Of a stretch of 64,000 nt of DNA, positions 12,366-26,507 are shown one piece after another. This stretch comes from Mobula hypostoma (taxonomy: Eukaryota), in NCBI RefSeq assembly GCF_963921235.1, contig NC_086107.1, positions 114,330,001-114,394,000 on the forward strand, read 5' to 3'. Made by a program: the position numbers and the translations under genes. Numbering within the stretch: the first letter of the stretch is position 1; every line of letters starts with the position of its first letter. The notes under the pieces are model-generated. The model saw nothing but the letters and a program-made list of their open reading frames with translations. It was not told where the DNA came from and ran no database searches.

Positions 12366-13948
12366 CAGTATACAACTCTGAGACTCATCTTCTCCAGATA
12401 GCCACAAAACTCAGAAAACCATGGAAGTCGTTCAAGGAAAATCATCAAGACCGCCCCACATGCAAAGAAAAAGAAATAAATCGCACGGACATATTGTGCT
12501 CAGGAACCATTTTGCAGTTTGTGTAACAGTGGAGTATAAGCTGGCCTTTGACCTGCTTTCGGTCTTTTTTACCTTCTCCCCAGTGGTGGTGGGAGGTGGG
12601 GGAGAGAAGTGAGAATGCCCAGAGTGGGAGGGGGTTCTGCTTTACTAAGGCAGCGAATGACAGAGTCTGTGGGAGGGGGGGAGGCTGGTTTCCGAGATGG
12701 GCTGAGCTGCGTCCACACAAATCTGCAGCCTCTTGTGGCCACGGGCAGAGCGCTTGCCGTGCCAAGCTGTACTGTGTCTAGGCGGGATGCTTTCCACGGT
12801 GCAAGGACAAAGAACTGGTGAAGTGCCAAATTTCTTCAGCCCTTCTAAGGAAGTAGAGGAACTGGTGAGTTTTCTTAGCCGTGGCCTTTCTCCTTCCCAG
12901 TGGTTGTAACAGGAAAATGATGCAAGTCCTTAGGGGTGGATGTCACCTTCTTCTTAGTGATGGATACTGGCTCGTGAAGATGTCCTCGATGCTGGGGAGG
13001 CTTGTGATGGACCTGGCTGAGGCCACAGTCCTCTGAAGCTTCCTGCCATCCTGTGCATTGGAACCACCACACCAGTCACGATGCTCTCTGCCGTACATCG
13101 GTAGCACTTACTTTATACTCACAGTTATTTTGTAATAGCACTATTCTTTGCATTTCTGATCAGATGCTAACTGCACTTCATTGGCTTTGTATCTGCACTC
13201 AGCACAATGACAATAAAGTTGAATCTAATCTGTAGAAAATTACAAAGTCTATGGTGATGTACCAAATCTCGTCAATCTCCTAATGAAGTTGGAACTACCG
13301 ATGTTCCTTCATTATTGAATCATTATGTTGGGCCCAGGACACATCCTCCGAAGTGCTGTCACCTCTTCCATCGCTGGCCCCTCAAACAGTACTGGTGTGT
13401 GTTCTCCCAAACACTCCTTGCTAAAGTCCACAATCAATTCTCTGACCTAGCTGACGTTGAGTACAATGATTTTGTTGCAACACCACTCAACCCAGCCAAT
13501 CTATCTTACTCCTGTACACTTCCTCAACGCCACCCGAGACGTTATCAACAATAGTGATGTCACCTGCAAATTTATTGACGAGCTTCGAGTAGCACTTAGC
13601 TACGTGGTCATGAGAGTAGAGGGAGTAGAGCAGCAGACTCAGCTCACTTCCTTGAGGTGTGCCGGTATAGATTGTCGATTAGGAGAAGATCTGCACAGAC
13701 TGTGATCCCCTGGTGAGGAAGTCAGGACCTAGTTGCAGAGGGAGGACCAGGTTTGAAGTTTGTTGATTAGTACTATGGGGGTGATGGTGCAGAACAATGA
13801 GCTGTAATCAATAAACAGCTGCCTGACATAGGTACTGTTGTTGTCCAGATGGTCTAGCACCGAGTGGCAAACCAGTGAGATTGTATCCGCTGTAGATTTA
13901 TTGAGGTGATAGGTAAATCACGGTGGGTCCAGGTCCTTGCTTAGGCAG

Positions 13949-14424
13949 AACATAAGAACATAAGAAATAGGAGCAGGAGTCGGCCATCCGCCCCATCGAG
14001 CCTGCCCCGCCATTCAATAAGATCATGGCTGATCTGTCCATAAACTCAGCTCCATCTACCTGCCTTTTCCCCATAACCCTTAATTCCCTTACTATGTAAA
14101 AATCTATCTAACTGTTTCTTAAATATATTTAGTGAAAAAGCCTCAACTGCTTCCCTGGGCAGAGAATTCCACTGATCCATCACTCTCTGGGAAAAACAAT
14201 TTCTCCTCATTTCTGTCCCAAATCTTCTCCCCTGAACATCGAGGCAAATGTCCCCTAGTTCTAGTCTCACCTACCAATGGAAACAACTTTCCTATTTATA
14301 TCTTATCTATCCCTTTCAAAATTTTGTATGTTTCTATAAGATCCCCTCTCATTCTTCTGAATTCCAGAGAGTATAGTCCCAGGCGACTCAACCTCTCCTC
14401 ATAGGTTAACCCCTTCATCCCTGG
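13949..14424 (-). mobile_element. CR1 3' end inserted into a decayed Rex1/Babar-like RT fragment (about 13230-14560, minus strand)
   Basis: (AACATAAG)n tail at 13949; ORF ...RNCFSQRVMDQWNSLP...GYGEKAG; host ...cttaggcag / gagttgattctggccatgaccaacctctcaaa resumes and is homologous to 47240-47300. Confidence 0.8.
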
Positions 14425-15049
14425 AGTTGATTCTGGCCATGACCAACCTCTCAAAACACTTCACCACAATAGAGGTGAGTGTCACTGGGTGATAGCTGTA
14501 GAGGCTGCTCACCATGCTCTTCCTGGGCAGATGGAAACCTCCAGGTGCAGTGGTGAGAGACTGAAGAATCTATCCTACCCCTTCTGAATTGCTTGCAGGA
14601 ACTCCAGCCAGTGTTGTTCTGCTGTGATCCCTGCTAGAGTCTCCCAATGAGGAAATCGAGGATCCATTTGCAGAGTGAGGTACAGAGGCCCTGGTTTTGA
14701 AGTGTGTTCATTAATACTGAGGGGATGCTAAGCTGTAATCAATAAACACCTTAACCCCACTCCTCTCTTTACTGAGTAATCCTGGAAGCTACAGAGAGTG
14801 CAACCCAGGGTGCTAACACAAAACAGAGAAGAGTGTAGCACAAGAGCAGGCCCTTCAGCCCCACATATTTGTGCTAACCCCAATGACAGTCCAGTCCGGC
14901 ATTTCCCCACTTCTTTATGCGATGGACCCTTGCCATTAACCGAGGAGTCTGCGGGTCGCAGGTTGGGAACCCCTGGTCTAGAGTCATCCCACCTGCCTGT
15001 CCATAACTCTGTTCCCTGCCTGATGATGTGCCTTTCTAAAACAATGATC

Positions 15050-15300
15050 GCTTAGCGGGTTGTCCGACGCTATTGCGGCTCGCGGTGTTCCAGAGTTTGG
15101 GGTTCAATTCCGGCATCACCTGCAATGTGTACATTTTCCCCGTGAAGCGCGTGGGTTTCCTCCGGGTGCTCTGCTTTCCTCCCACAGACCAAAGCCACAC
15201 GGGTTAATAGGTTAACTGGCCACTGTAAATTGTCCTGTGATTAGGCGTTAGGGTTAAATAGGTGGGTTGCTGGGGGGGGGGGTGCAGTTCATTGGGCCAA
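15050..15300 (+). mobile_element. V-SINE (HE1-like)
   Basis: tRNA-like head with ggttcaattcc B box and V-domain gtgggtttcctccgggtgctctgctttcctcccacag. Confidence 0.75.
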
Positions 15301-16084
15301 AAGTTCAAAATAAATTTTATTATCAAAGTACATTTATGCCACCATATACAACCCTGAGATTCTTTTTCTATCGGATAGTAACTATAACGGGATCAATGGG
15401 AGATCACCCAGAGTGCGGAAGACAACAAACTGTGCAAATGCAAATATAAATAAATAGCAATAAATAACAACAACATGAGATAATGAGATAAAGAGTCCTT
15501 AATGTGAGATCATTGGTTGTGGGAATATCTCAATAGATGGGAAAGTGAGTGTAATTATCCCCCGATGATTGAGGGGTAGTAACTGTTCCTGAACCTGGTG
15601 GCGTGAGTCCTGAGACTCTTGTACTTTCTATCTGATGGCAGAAGGGTCTGTTCCACGTTGTTTCTTTAATTTAAAAAATGGTGATATTATCTCTACCTCC
15701 ACCACTGCTCCGGCGTCCATTGTGGGCACCCACCACTCTCTATGTAAAAAGCAATAACTCACCCCGCACATCTCCTTTGAACCTGCCCCCTTCCACGGGG
15801 AGGTGTACAGGGGTGCGGAGGACCACTGGTCAAATACTGTCGGAGCAAGTCTTGCACTCGGTATCAGCAAGACCAAGGGATGGATTGTGGACTTCTGGAA
15901 GGTGCGGTGGGGAGAACACGCCTGTTCTCATTGAGGGGGCAGCGATGGCAAGGGTGAGCTCCCGCTCAAGCTTCAATTTGCTGGGTGTTAACATGTTGGA
16001 GGATCTGTCCTGGGCCAGACGTTTTGATGCAATCATGAAGAAAGCATGAGAGCGGCTACACTTCAGTGGGAGACTGGGGAGATT

Positions 16085-17245
16085 TAATAAGTCCTTTTCC
16101 AAATTGCTACAGATTTCAGTGGATAAGCAGTTACAGAACAGTGACCACAACTCCTTAACTTTCAGGATAGTTATAGATAAAGATAGGAATGGTCCTTGCT
16201 GGTGAGTCTTGAACTGGAGTGGGGCAAATTACAAGGGCATTGGGCAGGAACTAAGGAGAGTTAACCGGGAACTCCTTTTTTTCTGGGAAGTCCACATCAG
16301 ATGTGTGGAGGGTGTTTAAAGATCAATTACACAGAGTACAGGAAAGGTATGTTCCTGTCAGAAGGAAGGACAAGGATGGAAAGGTAAAAGAACCTTGAAT
16401 GTCCAGTGAGGTGATGAATTTAGACAAGAAGAAAAAGGAAAAGAATATAAAGCTTCAGAAGTCAGGATCAACTGGAGCTCATGAGGAGTGTGAAAAGCCC
16501 TTGGCAAGTAGGATTAAGGTGAATCCCAAGTCATTCTATGGTAGGGCAAATGCAAGGAGACAGTTCACTGTTACGGGCAAGATCCTTAACAGTGTTGCTG
16601 AGCAGAGAGATCGTGGGATCCAAGTTCAGAGCTCCTTGTAGGTGGCTCCACGGGTCAATAGGATGGTTAAGAAGGCTTATGGAATGATTGTTTTTTAGTC
16701 GAGGCATTGAGTCCTAACTTTATAAAACTCTGGTTAGGCCACATCTGGAGTATTGCATACAGTTCTGGTCACCCAACTACAGGAAGGATGTTGAGGCTTT
16801 GGAGAGGGTGCAGAAGAGGTTTATCAGGATGCTGCCTGGTTTAGAGGGCATGGGCTATCATGAGAGGCTGGATAAACTTGGGTTATTTTCTCTGGAGCAG
16901 CTGAGGCTGTGGGGAGGTCTGAAAGAGGGTTGCAAGAACATGAGAGGCAGAGATAGAGTAGACGCGAGTATCTGTTGCCCAGGGTAGAAGCGTCTCATAC
17001 CAGAGGGCATTCACTGAAGGTGAGAGGGGATAGGTTCAAAGGGGATGTGAGGGGTAAGTGTTTCACTCAGAGAGGTGGACGCCTGGTATGGCGGTGGAGG
17101 CAAATACATTAGAGGCTTGATGTTTAGATAGGCACATGGATGTGAGGAAGACGGAGGGATATGGAGGAGGGATTAGTGTTTTGGTGTTTTAGATTTGCTC
17201 ATTAGCTGGGCCGAAAGGCCTGTTTCTGTATTGTAGTGTTCTTTC
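16085..17245 (+). mobile_element. Internally deleted CR1 LINE remnant
   Basis: Pieces of the EN-RT linker (KPLASRIKVNPKSFY) joined to the C-terminus (RPHLEYC, ERVQKRFIRMLPGL) and 3' tail. Confidence 0.8.
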
Positions 17246-17746
17246 ATCTGTGTTGTAACTGTCACGGGTTGTGAATGAATCTCAGCTTTGCATACCGGAG
17301 CGTACTGTAGATGATCTTTGATAATACATTTACGTTGAACCTTGAGCAAACCTGATTCCGATTGTTTTGTTTATTGTCAATGACGTAAGTCGTAAATTTG
17401 AAATTTGGTGATTACAGGGAGAAGGGAACGTGCTGGGGGGTGGTTGCAGAAGAAATCAGCCAACACGTTATGAGTGGGACAGACCCAAAGGGCCACACAG
17501 CCTCCCCGACCCCTGGGACCAGCCGGGAGCCCTGCTCAGGAACCAAGCCGCAGGAAAACTTTACCAGGCTTTGACTGAGCCGGCAACAGAAATTCGAGCT
17601 GTCTAAACAGCCCGCTCCTGTGACTGATACCTCAGCCCTGCTGACTACATTGTTCTTGCCCCTCCCTCATTCCTCCCAGAGGCGGAGGTGGGGAAACCTC
17701 TTACAGCGAAACCAACACCTGGAGAACACTAAATCCGTATCCAGCC

Positions 17747-17786
17747 ATGAACACCTTCCTCCTCCTGCTGTCTGCTGCGGCTTGTT
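17747..17786 (+). CDS. Serine protease exon 1 (signal peptide, 40 nt, phase 1)
   Basis: gccATG Kozak context; MNTFLLLLSAAAC+T followed by a GTGAGT donor; size and phase typical of S1A protease first exons; joins in frame to downstream exons. Confidence 0.7.
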
Positions 17787-18029
17787 GTGAGTTTTCTTGT
17801 CTTACCTTTCTGTCACTCGGGGTGAGATGTGAGTGAGGGAGAGGGCTGGGTCGGTGGGGAGGGGGGAGCAGTTCAAGGGACTGGTGAAGAATCCCATTTA
17901 TAGTCACTGTCTTAACATGATGTGAAACTGCAGAACACTGCAAAGACATGAAAATCACTGAGGGTTACCAGATAGTACAAAATTAAGAGCAACGAGACCA
18001 TGTTCCTGGTCCGTCAAGATTATGATGGC

Positions 18030-18710
18030 AGAGAGGGGAGCAGTTGTCCCGGAAGGGAAGAGAGAAGAGACGGGAGTAAGGGGAAAGAGTGAAAGTGGAA
18101 GGGGGGGGGGATGAAAGAGGAGATGGAAAGAAGGTGGGGAAAGAGGGAGGGGAGAGGGAGAAGAGGACAGAGGGAAGAGAGGGAGAGAGGGAAGGAGGGG
18201 GAGGAGAGAAACAGAGGGTAAAGGGGAGGGAGGGGGAGAGAAGAGGGGGAGAGAGGGGTTAAGAAAAGGGGAAGGGAGGGCGAGAGGAGGGAGGGAAGAG
18301 AAGGAAGGGGCATAGAGGGGAAGTAGTAACGGGAAGGGGAGGGGAAGGAGAGAGGGGGAGAGGAATAGGTATGGGGAAGGGGAGGAGAAGGAGAGGTGTA
18401 AGGGAAGGGGGAATGGGAGAGGAAGTAAGGAGGGAATAGGAGGGTTGAGGGGCAGTGAAGAGAAGGGAAGGGGAAGGGCAGAAAGGAATGGGGTGGAGAG
18501 GACAGCAGAGAGAAGAATGTTGGAGAGAGGGGAGAGTGAAGTAGAATGGGGAAGAGAAAGGGGAGATGGAAGGCATGAGAGAGAAATAAAGAAGGAGGAG
18601 AGAGGAGAGGAGAGAGCAGTAAGAGGCAATCAAGGGAGAGAGTGGGATGGAGGAAAGGAGTGGGAATTGGGGAGTGTGAGGGGAAGGGAGAGGGTCGAGG
18701 GTGGAGGAGG
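18030..18710. repeat. Polypurine (G/A) low-complexity tract, continued at 21445-21580 after the CR1 insertion
   Basis: Almost exclusively G/A on the + strand. Confidence 0.9.
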
Positions 18711-18711
18711 G

Positions 18712-21445
18712 GACGTTGTATCGGAGGGATAGGAAGATAGGCAAAGGGGGTGGTGTGGCTCTACTGGTAAAGAATGGCATCAAATCAATAGAAAGATGTG
18801 ACGTAGGATCAGAAGTTGTTGAATCCTTGTGGTTGGGTTGAGAAACTGTAAGGGTAAAAGGACCCTGATGGCAGTTATATACAGGCCCCCCAGCAGTAGC
18901 TGGGAGGTGGACCACAGATACAACAGGAAATAGAAAAGGCGAGTCAAAACGGCAATGTTGTGACAGTCATGGGAGATTTTAACATTCAGGTTGATTGGGA
19001 AAATCAGGTTGGTAATGGATCTCAAGAGAATGAGTTTGTTGAATGCCTAAGGGATGGCTTTTTAGAGCAATTTGTTATTGAGCCAACTAGGGGATCAGCT
19101 ATACTAGATTGGGTGTTATGTAATGAACCGGAGACGATAAGGGAACTTAAGGTAAAAGAACCCTTAGGAGCCAGTGATCACAATATGATTGAGTTCAACT
19201 TGAAATTTGATAGGGAGAAAGTAAAGTCTGACACAGCAACAGTATTTCAGTGGAGTAAGGGAAATTACAGTGGTATGAGAGAGGAGTTGTCCGAAATAAA
19301 AAGGAGCTGCTGGCAGGGATGTCAGCAGAGCAGCGAAGGCGTGCGTTTTTGGGGAAAATGAGGAAGGTGCAGGACATGTGTATTCCAAAGGTGAAGTAAT
19401 ACTCAAATGGCAAAATAGTGCAACCATGGCTGGCAAGGGAAGTCAAAGCTGTTGTGAAAACAAAAGAAAGGGCATACAACAAAGCAAAAATTAGTGGGAA
19501 GATAGAGGATTGGGAAGTTTTTAAAAACCTACAGAGAGCAACTAAAAGAATCATTAGAATGGAAAAGATGAAGTATGAAAGTGAGCTAGCAAATAATATC
19601 AAAGTGGATATTAAAACCTTTTTCAAGTATGTAAAAAATAAAAGAGAGATGAGCGTGGACATGGGACCGCTAGAAAATGCGGCTGGAGAAATAATAACGG
19701 GGGACAAGGAGATGGCAGATGAACTAAATGAATATTTTGCTTTAGCCTTCACTGTGGAAGACACTAGCAGTATGCCTGATGTTGTAGTGAGTGAAGGAAG
19801 AGAAGTGGGTTCAGTTATTGTTACAAAAGAGAAGGTGCTCAAAAAGCTGAAAGACCTAAAGGTACATAAGTCACCCAGACCAGATGAAATGCACCCAAGG
19901 GTTCTGAAAGAGGTAGCGTTAGAGATTGTGGGGACATTAGAAATGATCTTTCAAAAATCATTGGACTCTGGCATGGTGCCAGAGGACTGGAAAATTGCCA
20001 ATGTCACTCCACTCTTTAAGAAAGGAGAAAAGCAGCAGAAAGGAAATTATAGACCAGTTAGCCTGAACTCAGTGTTTGGGAAAATGTTGGAGTCAATTGT
20101 TAAGGACAAGGTGATGGAGTACTTGGTGACACAGGTCAAAATTGGACAAAGTCAGCATGGTTTCCTTAAGGGAAAATCCTGCCTGACGTACCTGTTGGAA
20201 TTTTTTTAAGATGCTACAAGTACGGTAGATAAAGGGATGCAGTGGATGTTGTATATTTGGATTTTCAGAAGGCCTTTGACCAGGTGCCACACATGAGGCT
20301 GCTTACCAAGTTAAGAGCCCATGGTATTACAGGAAAATTACTAAGATGGTTAGAGCATTGGCTGATTGGAAGAAGCAGCGAGTGGGAATAAAAGGATCCT
20401 TGTCTGGTTGGCTGCCAGTGACCAGTGGTGTTCCACAGGCGTTGGTGTTGGGACCACTTCTTTTTATGCTGTATATCAATGATTTAGATGATGAAGTAGA
20501 TGGCTTTGTTGCCAAGTTTGCAAATGATACAATGATTGGTGGAGGGGCAAGTAGTTTTGAGGAAACAGGTAGGATGCAGAAGGACTTAGACAGATTAGGA
20601 GAATGGGCAAGAAAGTGGCAAATGAAATACAATATTGGGAAATGCATGGTCATGCACTTTGGAAGTAGAAATAAATGTGCAGACTATTTTCTAAACGGGG
20701 AGAAAATCCAAAAATTCTGAGATGCAAGGAGACTTGGGAATCCTTGTCCAGAACACCCTGAAGGTTAACTTGCAGATTGAGTCGGTGGTGAGGAAGGCAA
20801 ATGCCATGTTAGCATTCATTTCAAGAGGTCTAGAATACAAGAGCAAGAATGTGATGCTGAGGCTTTTATAAGACACTGGTGAGGCCTCACTTAGAATATT
20901 GTGAAAAGTTTTGGGCCTTATCTTAGAAAAGATGTGCTGGCATTGGAGAGGGTCCAGAGGAGGTTCACAAGGATGATTCCAGGAATGAAAGGGTTATCAT
21001 ACAAGGAACGTTTGATGGCTCTGGGTCTGTACTTGCTGGAATTTAGAAGGATGAGGGGGGATCTAATTGAGACCTTTCGAATGTTGAAAGGCCCAGACAG
21101 AGTAGATGTTGAAGGATGTTTCCCATGGTGGGAGAGTCTAGGACAAGAGGACACAGCCTCAGGATAGAGGGGCGTCCTTTCAAAACAGAGATGCAGAGAA
21201 ATTTCTTTAGCCAAAGGGTGGTGAATTTGTGGAATGTGTTGCCACGTGCAGCTGTGGAGGCCAGGTCATTGGTTGTATTTAAGGCAGAGATTGATAGGTT
21301 CTTGACTGGACATGGCATCAAAGGTTACGGGGAGAAGGCCGGGAACTGGGGTTGAGGAGGAGAGAAAAAGGATCAGCCGTGATTGAATGGTGGAGCAGAC
21401 TCAATGGGCCAGATGGCCTAATTCTGCTCCTATATCTTATGGTCA
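18712..21445 (+). mobile_element. 5'-truncated CR1 LINE with disrupted ORF2 (APE-RT)
   Basis: ORF pieces VMGDFN...SDHNMIEF, NYRPVSL...QHGF, GVPQALVLGP...FANDT, FFSQRVVNLWN, with several frameshifts and stops. Confidence 0.92.
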
Positions 21446-22772
21446 AAAGGGAGAAAGGGAGAGAGATGAGAGAGGGGGCGAAAGTGTGGATGAAGGAAGA
21501 GGGGGAAAGGTGGGAGTGAGGGTTGAAGGCGAGGGGAGGGGGAGAAGAATGAGTGAGGAGGTAGAGTGGGAGGGGTAATGGGGTGGTTGTATTACATCCC
21601 CGTACTCAGACAGGGAGGGAATCTCTTTCCCGAGGCTCTGCTCCTGGATCCAGAGAGCCGGTTGTGGGTCTGTGTTAATGAGTGTGCGCGAGTAGGTGTG
21701 TGAATAGAGTTAGCACAACAGGCCCTTCAGCCCGTCAAATTCATGCCCACCTATACCTCACACAAGAGAACGCAGAGACTGTGACCCAGAGCTCTGTATT
21801 CAGTACGTCAAAGTCAAGTCATCATCGAGTTCACTCTCATCTACTCAAGTACTGTTACGCAAGAGCAGTAAGGATCTTATCTGTGGCAGCCTCGTGGCAT
21901 CAGATAAACAGCACGCACAGGACAAAGCAGACGTGATACGAAGCTACCCTCAGCTAGAGGGTAGTTGCCACTTCTAGAGTATTGCCCACAGTTCTGGTCA
22001 CCCCCATTCATGAGAGGAAGGGTGGCAAAGCTTTGGAGAGGGTGCGGAAGGGGCTCACCAGGATGCTGCCTGGATTAGAGAGCGTGAGCTAGAATGAGAG
22101 TTTGGCCAGACCTGGGTTGTTTCTCTGGAGCACCGGAGGCTGAGGGGAGATCTGATAGAGGTTTACTAGATTAGGAGAAGCACAGATAGAGTGGACAGAC
22201 AACTATTGTTTCTCCCAGGGTCAAAATGCCTAATACCAAAGGCGAAAGTAGGTAATTTCCAAGGAGATGTGAGGGGCAAGTTGTTTTTACACAGATGGTG
22301 GAGGATGCCTGGAAGAGGCAGATACACTCCAGACATTAAAGAGACATTTAGGTAGGTACAAGAATGTGAGGGAAATGGACATTGTGTCGGCAGAAGAGAT
22401 TAGTTTAGTTGGGCGTTTAATGACTAATTTAATTGTTTCGGCACAACATTGTGGGCTGAAGGTCCTGCTCCTGTGCTAGCCCATTCAATGTTCCAGGTTT
22501 TATACAAGAAAGAACACAGTCAGAACAGATGTGACCCTACTTTAGTGGGGAGTGATCATACTGTTGGTAAACTGGTGGTGATTATGGTTATGCCAGTCGG
22601 TTCAAGGACCGAATGGTCGAAGGGAAGTCATTATTAACAGGAAACAGAACAGTACAGCACAGTACAGGCCCTTCAGCCCACAATGTTGTAACCTAACCCC
22701 TCCCTTCCACATAAGTCTCTTGGTTTCTTTCGCCACGTGCCTGTCTACGAGTCACTTAAATGCCCCTAATGT

Positions 22773-23130
22773 TCATTCATTCATTACGTGCGGTGTCGTA
22801 TGACGTAGACAACCCCGGTTTCCTTCAGCATGGTTGTTCTCGGCAAAGCTTCTCTGCGGAAGTGGTTTGCCATTACCTTCCTGTGGGCAGTGTCTTTACA
22901 AGATGGGTGATGCCAGCCACGATCAATATGCTTCAGAGATTGTCTGCCTGGAGTCAGTGGTCGCATAACCAGGACTTGTGATATGCACCAGCTGCTCATA
23001 AGACCACCATGGCTTCATGTGACCCTGATCTGGGGGGACTAAGCAGATGCTACACCTTGCTGAAGGGTGACCTGCAGGCTAGCGGAGGGAAGGAGCACCC
23101 TTCACCTCCTATGGTGGAGAGGTATCTCCC
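22773..23130 (-). mobile_element. RTE/BovB-related SINE-like element; partial second copy at about 26683-26900
   Basis: Minus strand has ggaaggtaatggcaaaccacttc (RTE-type motif) and a (TGAA)n tail; the two copies align. Confidence 0.55.
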
Positions 23131-24404
23131 AGTCCCTAATGTATCTGCCTCCAGTACCACCCACCCCTGGCAGTGTATTCCAGTTACTTACTAACCTCTG
23201 TACCAAAAACCTGTCTCTGACATCCCTTCCCCATATTTTCCTCCAATTGCCTCAAAATTATGCCCTCTCGTATGAGAGATGGCTGGCCTGGGAAAAGGCA
23301 CTGGCCATCCACGTGATCTACTGTATGCCTCTTACCACCTTGTACATCTCTTTCATTCTCCTCTCCTCCTCCTTCACTCCAAAGAGCTTGCTCAACCTTT
23401 CCACGTAAGATGCTCTCTTATCCTATAAGACATGTTCTCTAATCCAGGCAGCATCCTGGTTGATCTCCTTTCTCCTATGGAGGTCCGACATGATTGAACA
23501 CAATATTCCGAATGTGGTCTAACATTTTAGAGTTACATTGTGGCTCTTGAGCTCAATCCCCTGACCAATGAAGGCCACCACACCATACGCCTTCTTAGCC
23601 ACCATATTAACGCGCGGCAGCTATGGATGTGGGCCCCAAGGTCCCTCTGTTCGTCCACACTGCTAAAGAAACCTGCCATTAACTTTGTGCTCTGCCTTCA
23701 AGTTCGACCTTCCAAAGTGAATCATTTCACACATTTCCGAGTTGAACTCCATCTGCCCCGCCTCAGCCCGGCTCTGCATCCTGCCAATGTCCAGCTGTAA
23801 CCTGCAATAACCTTCTACACTATCACCAACTTTCATGTTATCGGCAAACTTTCTAACTTCCTGAACTTGGTGGTGTGGGACTTCAGACTTATGTTGTAGC
23901 CCCTGCCCAATGGGAGCTGTGAGAAGATGGCATGGCTGGATGGTGAGGATCTCTGATGATAAACGTTGCCTTCTTGCGGCAGTGGCTCCTGTAGATACGA
24001 CGGATGGTGAGGAGGGATGTGCCTAGGGTGTAGTTGGCTGAGTCGACCACTCTCTGAAGCTTCTTACATTTGAATTCCCATACCAGGCCATGTTGTAACC
24101 AGCCATGGCATCTCCAACAGTACATCTACTGAAGTTCGTTAGACTGTTCCGTGATAAACCAAAACTCCGGAACCCCCTGGGAGAGTAAAGCCGCTGGCTC
24201 AGCTTTCCGGTAATTGCACCTGCGTGCTCGACCCGAGGCAGGTCATCTGATACGTCAACGGCCAGGCATTTAAAGCTCAGAGTCACAAACAGAATCAGGT
24301 TTAATATGGGCTCCTCCCACTTGCTACAAACAAAAGGTATAGTCCATGGGTCAGTCACAAACAAGAGAAAATCTGCAAATGCTGGAAATTGTGTGTGTTG
24401 TGTA

Positions 24405-25868
24405 GCCAGGGACAGTCGCATGGGTCCCAGCTACGCCTGCCTTTTCGTTGGCTACGTAGAACAGTCTGTGTTCCAAGCCTACACTGGAATCCATTCCCCA
24501 CTTTTCCTACACTGCATCGACTGCATTGGTGCTGCTTCCTGCACCCATGCAGAGCTCGCCAACTTCATCAACTTTCCTCCAACCTCCACCCTGCCCTCAA
24601 AAACGTACCTGGTCCATTTCCGTCACCTCCCTCCCCTTTCTTGATCTCTCTGGAGACAGCTTATCTACTGATATATATATTACAAACCCACGGACTCTCA
24701 CAGCTACCTGGACTACACCTCCTCCCACCCTGTTACTTGTAAAAACGCCATCCCCTTCTCAGAATTCCTCCATCTCTGCCACATCTGCTCTCAGGATGAG
24801 GCTTTTCATTCCAGAACAAGGAAGATGTCCTCCTTCTTCAAAAAAAAGGGGTTTCCCTTCCTCCACTATCAATGCTGCCCTCAACCACATCTCTTCCATT
24901 TCAAACACGTCAGCTCTCACTCCATCCTCCCACCATCCTACCAGGTATAGGGTTCATCTTGTCCTCACCTATCACCCCACCAGCCTCTGCATCCAGCACG
25001 TAATTCTCTGAAACTTCCACCATCTCCAGTGGGATCTCACCACCAAGCATATCTTTCCCTCCCCCTCCCCCCGACTTTCTGCTTTCCGCAGGGATCGCTC
25101 CCTATGTGACTCCCCTGTCCATTCGTCCCTCCCCACTGATCTCCCTCCTGACACTTATCCTTGCAAGTTGAACAAGACTACACCTGCCCCTACAGCTCCT
25201 ACCTCAGGCTCCCAAACAGTCCTTCCAGATGAGGTGACCCTTCACCTGTGAGTCTGTTGGGGGTCTTTTACTGCGTTCGATGCTCCCAGTGTGGCCTGAC
25301 ATAGATTGGGAGACCACTTCGCTGAGCACTTACGCTTCATCCACCAGAAAAAGTACGATCTCCCAGTGGCCACCCTCTTTAATTCTACTTCCTATTCCCA
25401 TTCCGATATGTCCAACCACGGCCTCCTCCACTGTTGGGATGAGGCCACACTCTGGTTGCAGGAAGAACACCTTGTATTCCGTCTGGGTAGCCTCCAACCT
25501 GATGGCATAAACATCAATTTCTCAAACTTCTGGTAATGCCCCCCACTCCTTCGCTGTTTCCCATCCCTTTTCCGTCTCTCACCTTATTTCCTTGCCTGCC
25601 CATCGCCTCCCTCTGGTGATCCTCCCCCCTTTTTCTTTCTTCCATGGCCTTCTGTCCTCTCCTATCAGAATCCTCCCTTCTCCAGCCCTGTATCTCTTTC
25701 ACCAATCAGCTTCCTATCTCTTTATTTCATTCCCCCCACCCCCCCCAGTTTCACCTGTCACTGTGTGATTCTTCCTCCCCTCCCCCCACCTTCTTACTCT
25801 GACACCCCATCTTTTTTTTCTCCAGTTCCGGTGAAGGACCTTGGCCCGAAAGGTCGACTGTACTCTTT
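24405..25868 (+). mobile_element. Degenerate Penelope-like element 3' part (RT end, GIY-YIG, terminal repeat; tail resumes at 26508-26600)
   Basis: RMGPSYACLFVGYVEQ, VHLVLTYHP, GDHFAEHL...VATLFNS...EEHLVFRLGSLQPDGININFSNF*. Confidence 0.85.
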
Positions 25869-26507
25869 ATGATTTATGATTTATTTATGACTACGAAGAC
25901 ATGCAATCCTCTTTTATTGTCATTTAGTAATGCATGCATTAAGAAATGATACAATATTTCCTCCGGTGTGATATCACAAAACACAGGACAGACCAAGACT
26001 GAAAAAAACTGACAAAACCACATAATTATAACATATAGTTACAACAGTGTAACAATACGATAACTTGATGAAGAAGTCCATGAGCACAGTAAGGTTCAAA
26101 GTCTCTCAAATGTCCCACATCTCATGCAGACGGGAGAAGGAAGAAAAACTCTCCCTGCCACACCCAACCATGGTCCGACTCTGAGTCATCTGAAAACTTT
26201 GAGCTCTGATCAGCCCTCTGACACCGAGAACGGAGCGCCATCTTTGCCAAATCATTCAACTTCCATCTCGGTTGCCAAAAAGCAGGCAAGGCCAGGGAAT
26301 TTGAGGCCTTCCCGCTGAAAGATTCCCGACCATGCAGTAACGAGAGCAGCAAACGAGTGTTTCAGAAATTTTTCCAGATGTTCCTCTGTGCCTTCACGTC
26401 CATCTCCATCAAATCAGAATTGGCAACGGCCCCATTTAACGGAAACGATATCATTTTCACCGAAGATCTGCGCATGCGCTGCGCGCTGCTTCTCTCTCCT
26501 CCCACCA
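25869..26507 (-). mobile_element. About 640-bp non-autonomous retroposon with 8-bp target-site duplication
   Basis: TACTCTTT direct repeats at 25861-25868 and 26508-26515; short-repeat tail (atgattt)n at the left end. Confidence 0.75.

Noticed and set aside
17955..18915. Leu/Pro/Ser-rich ORFs here and at 26863-27449 and 52026-53007
   Set aside because: Antisense readings of polypurine low-complexity tracts
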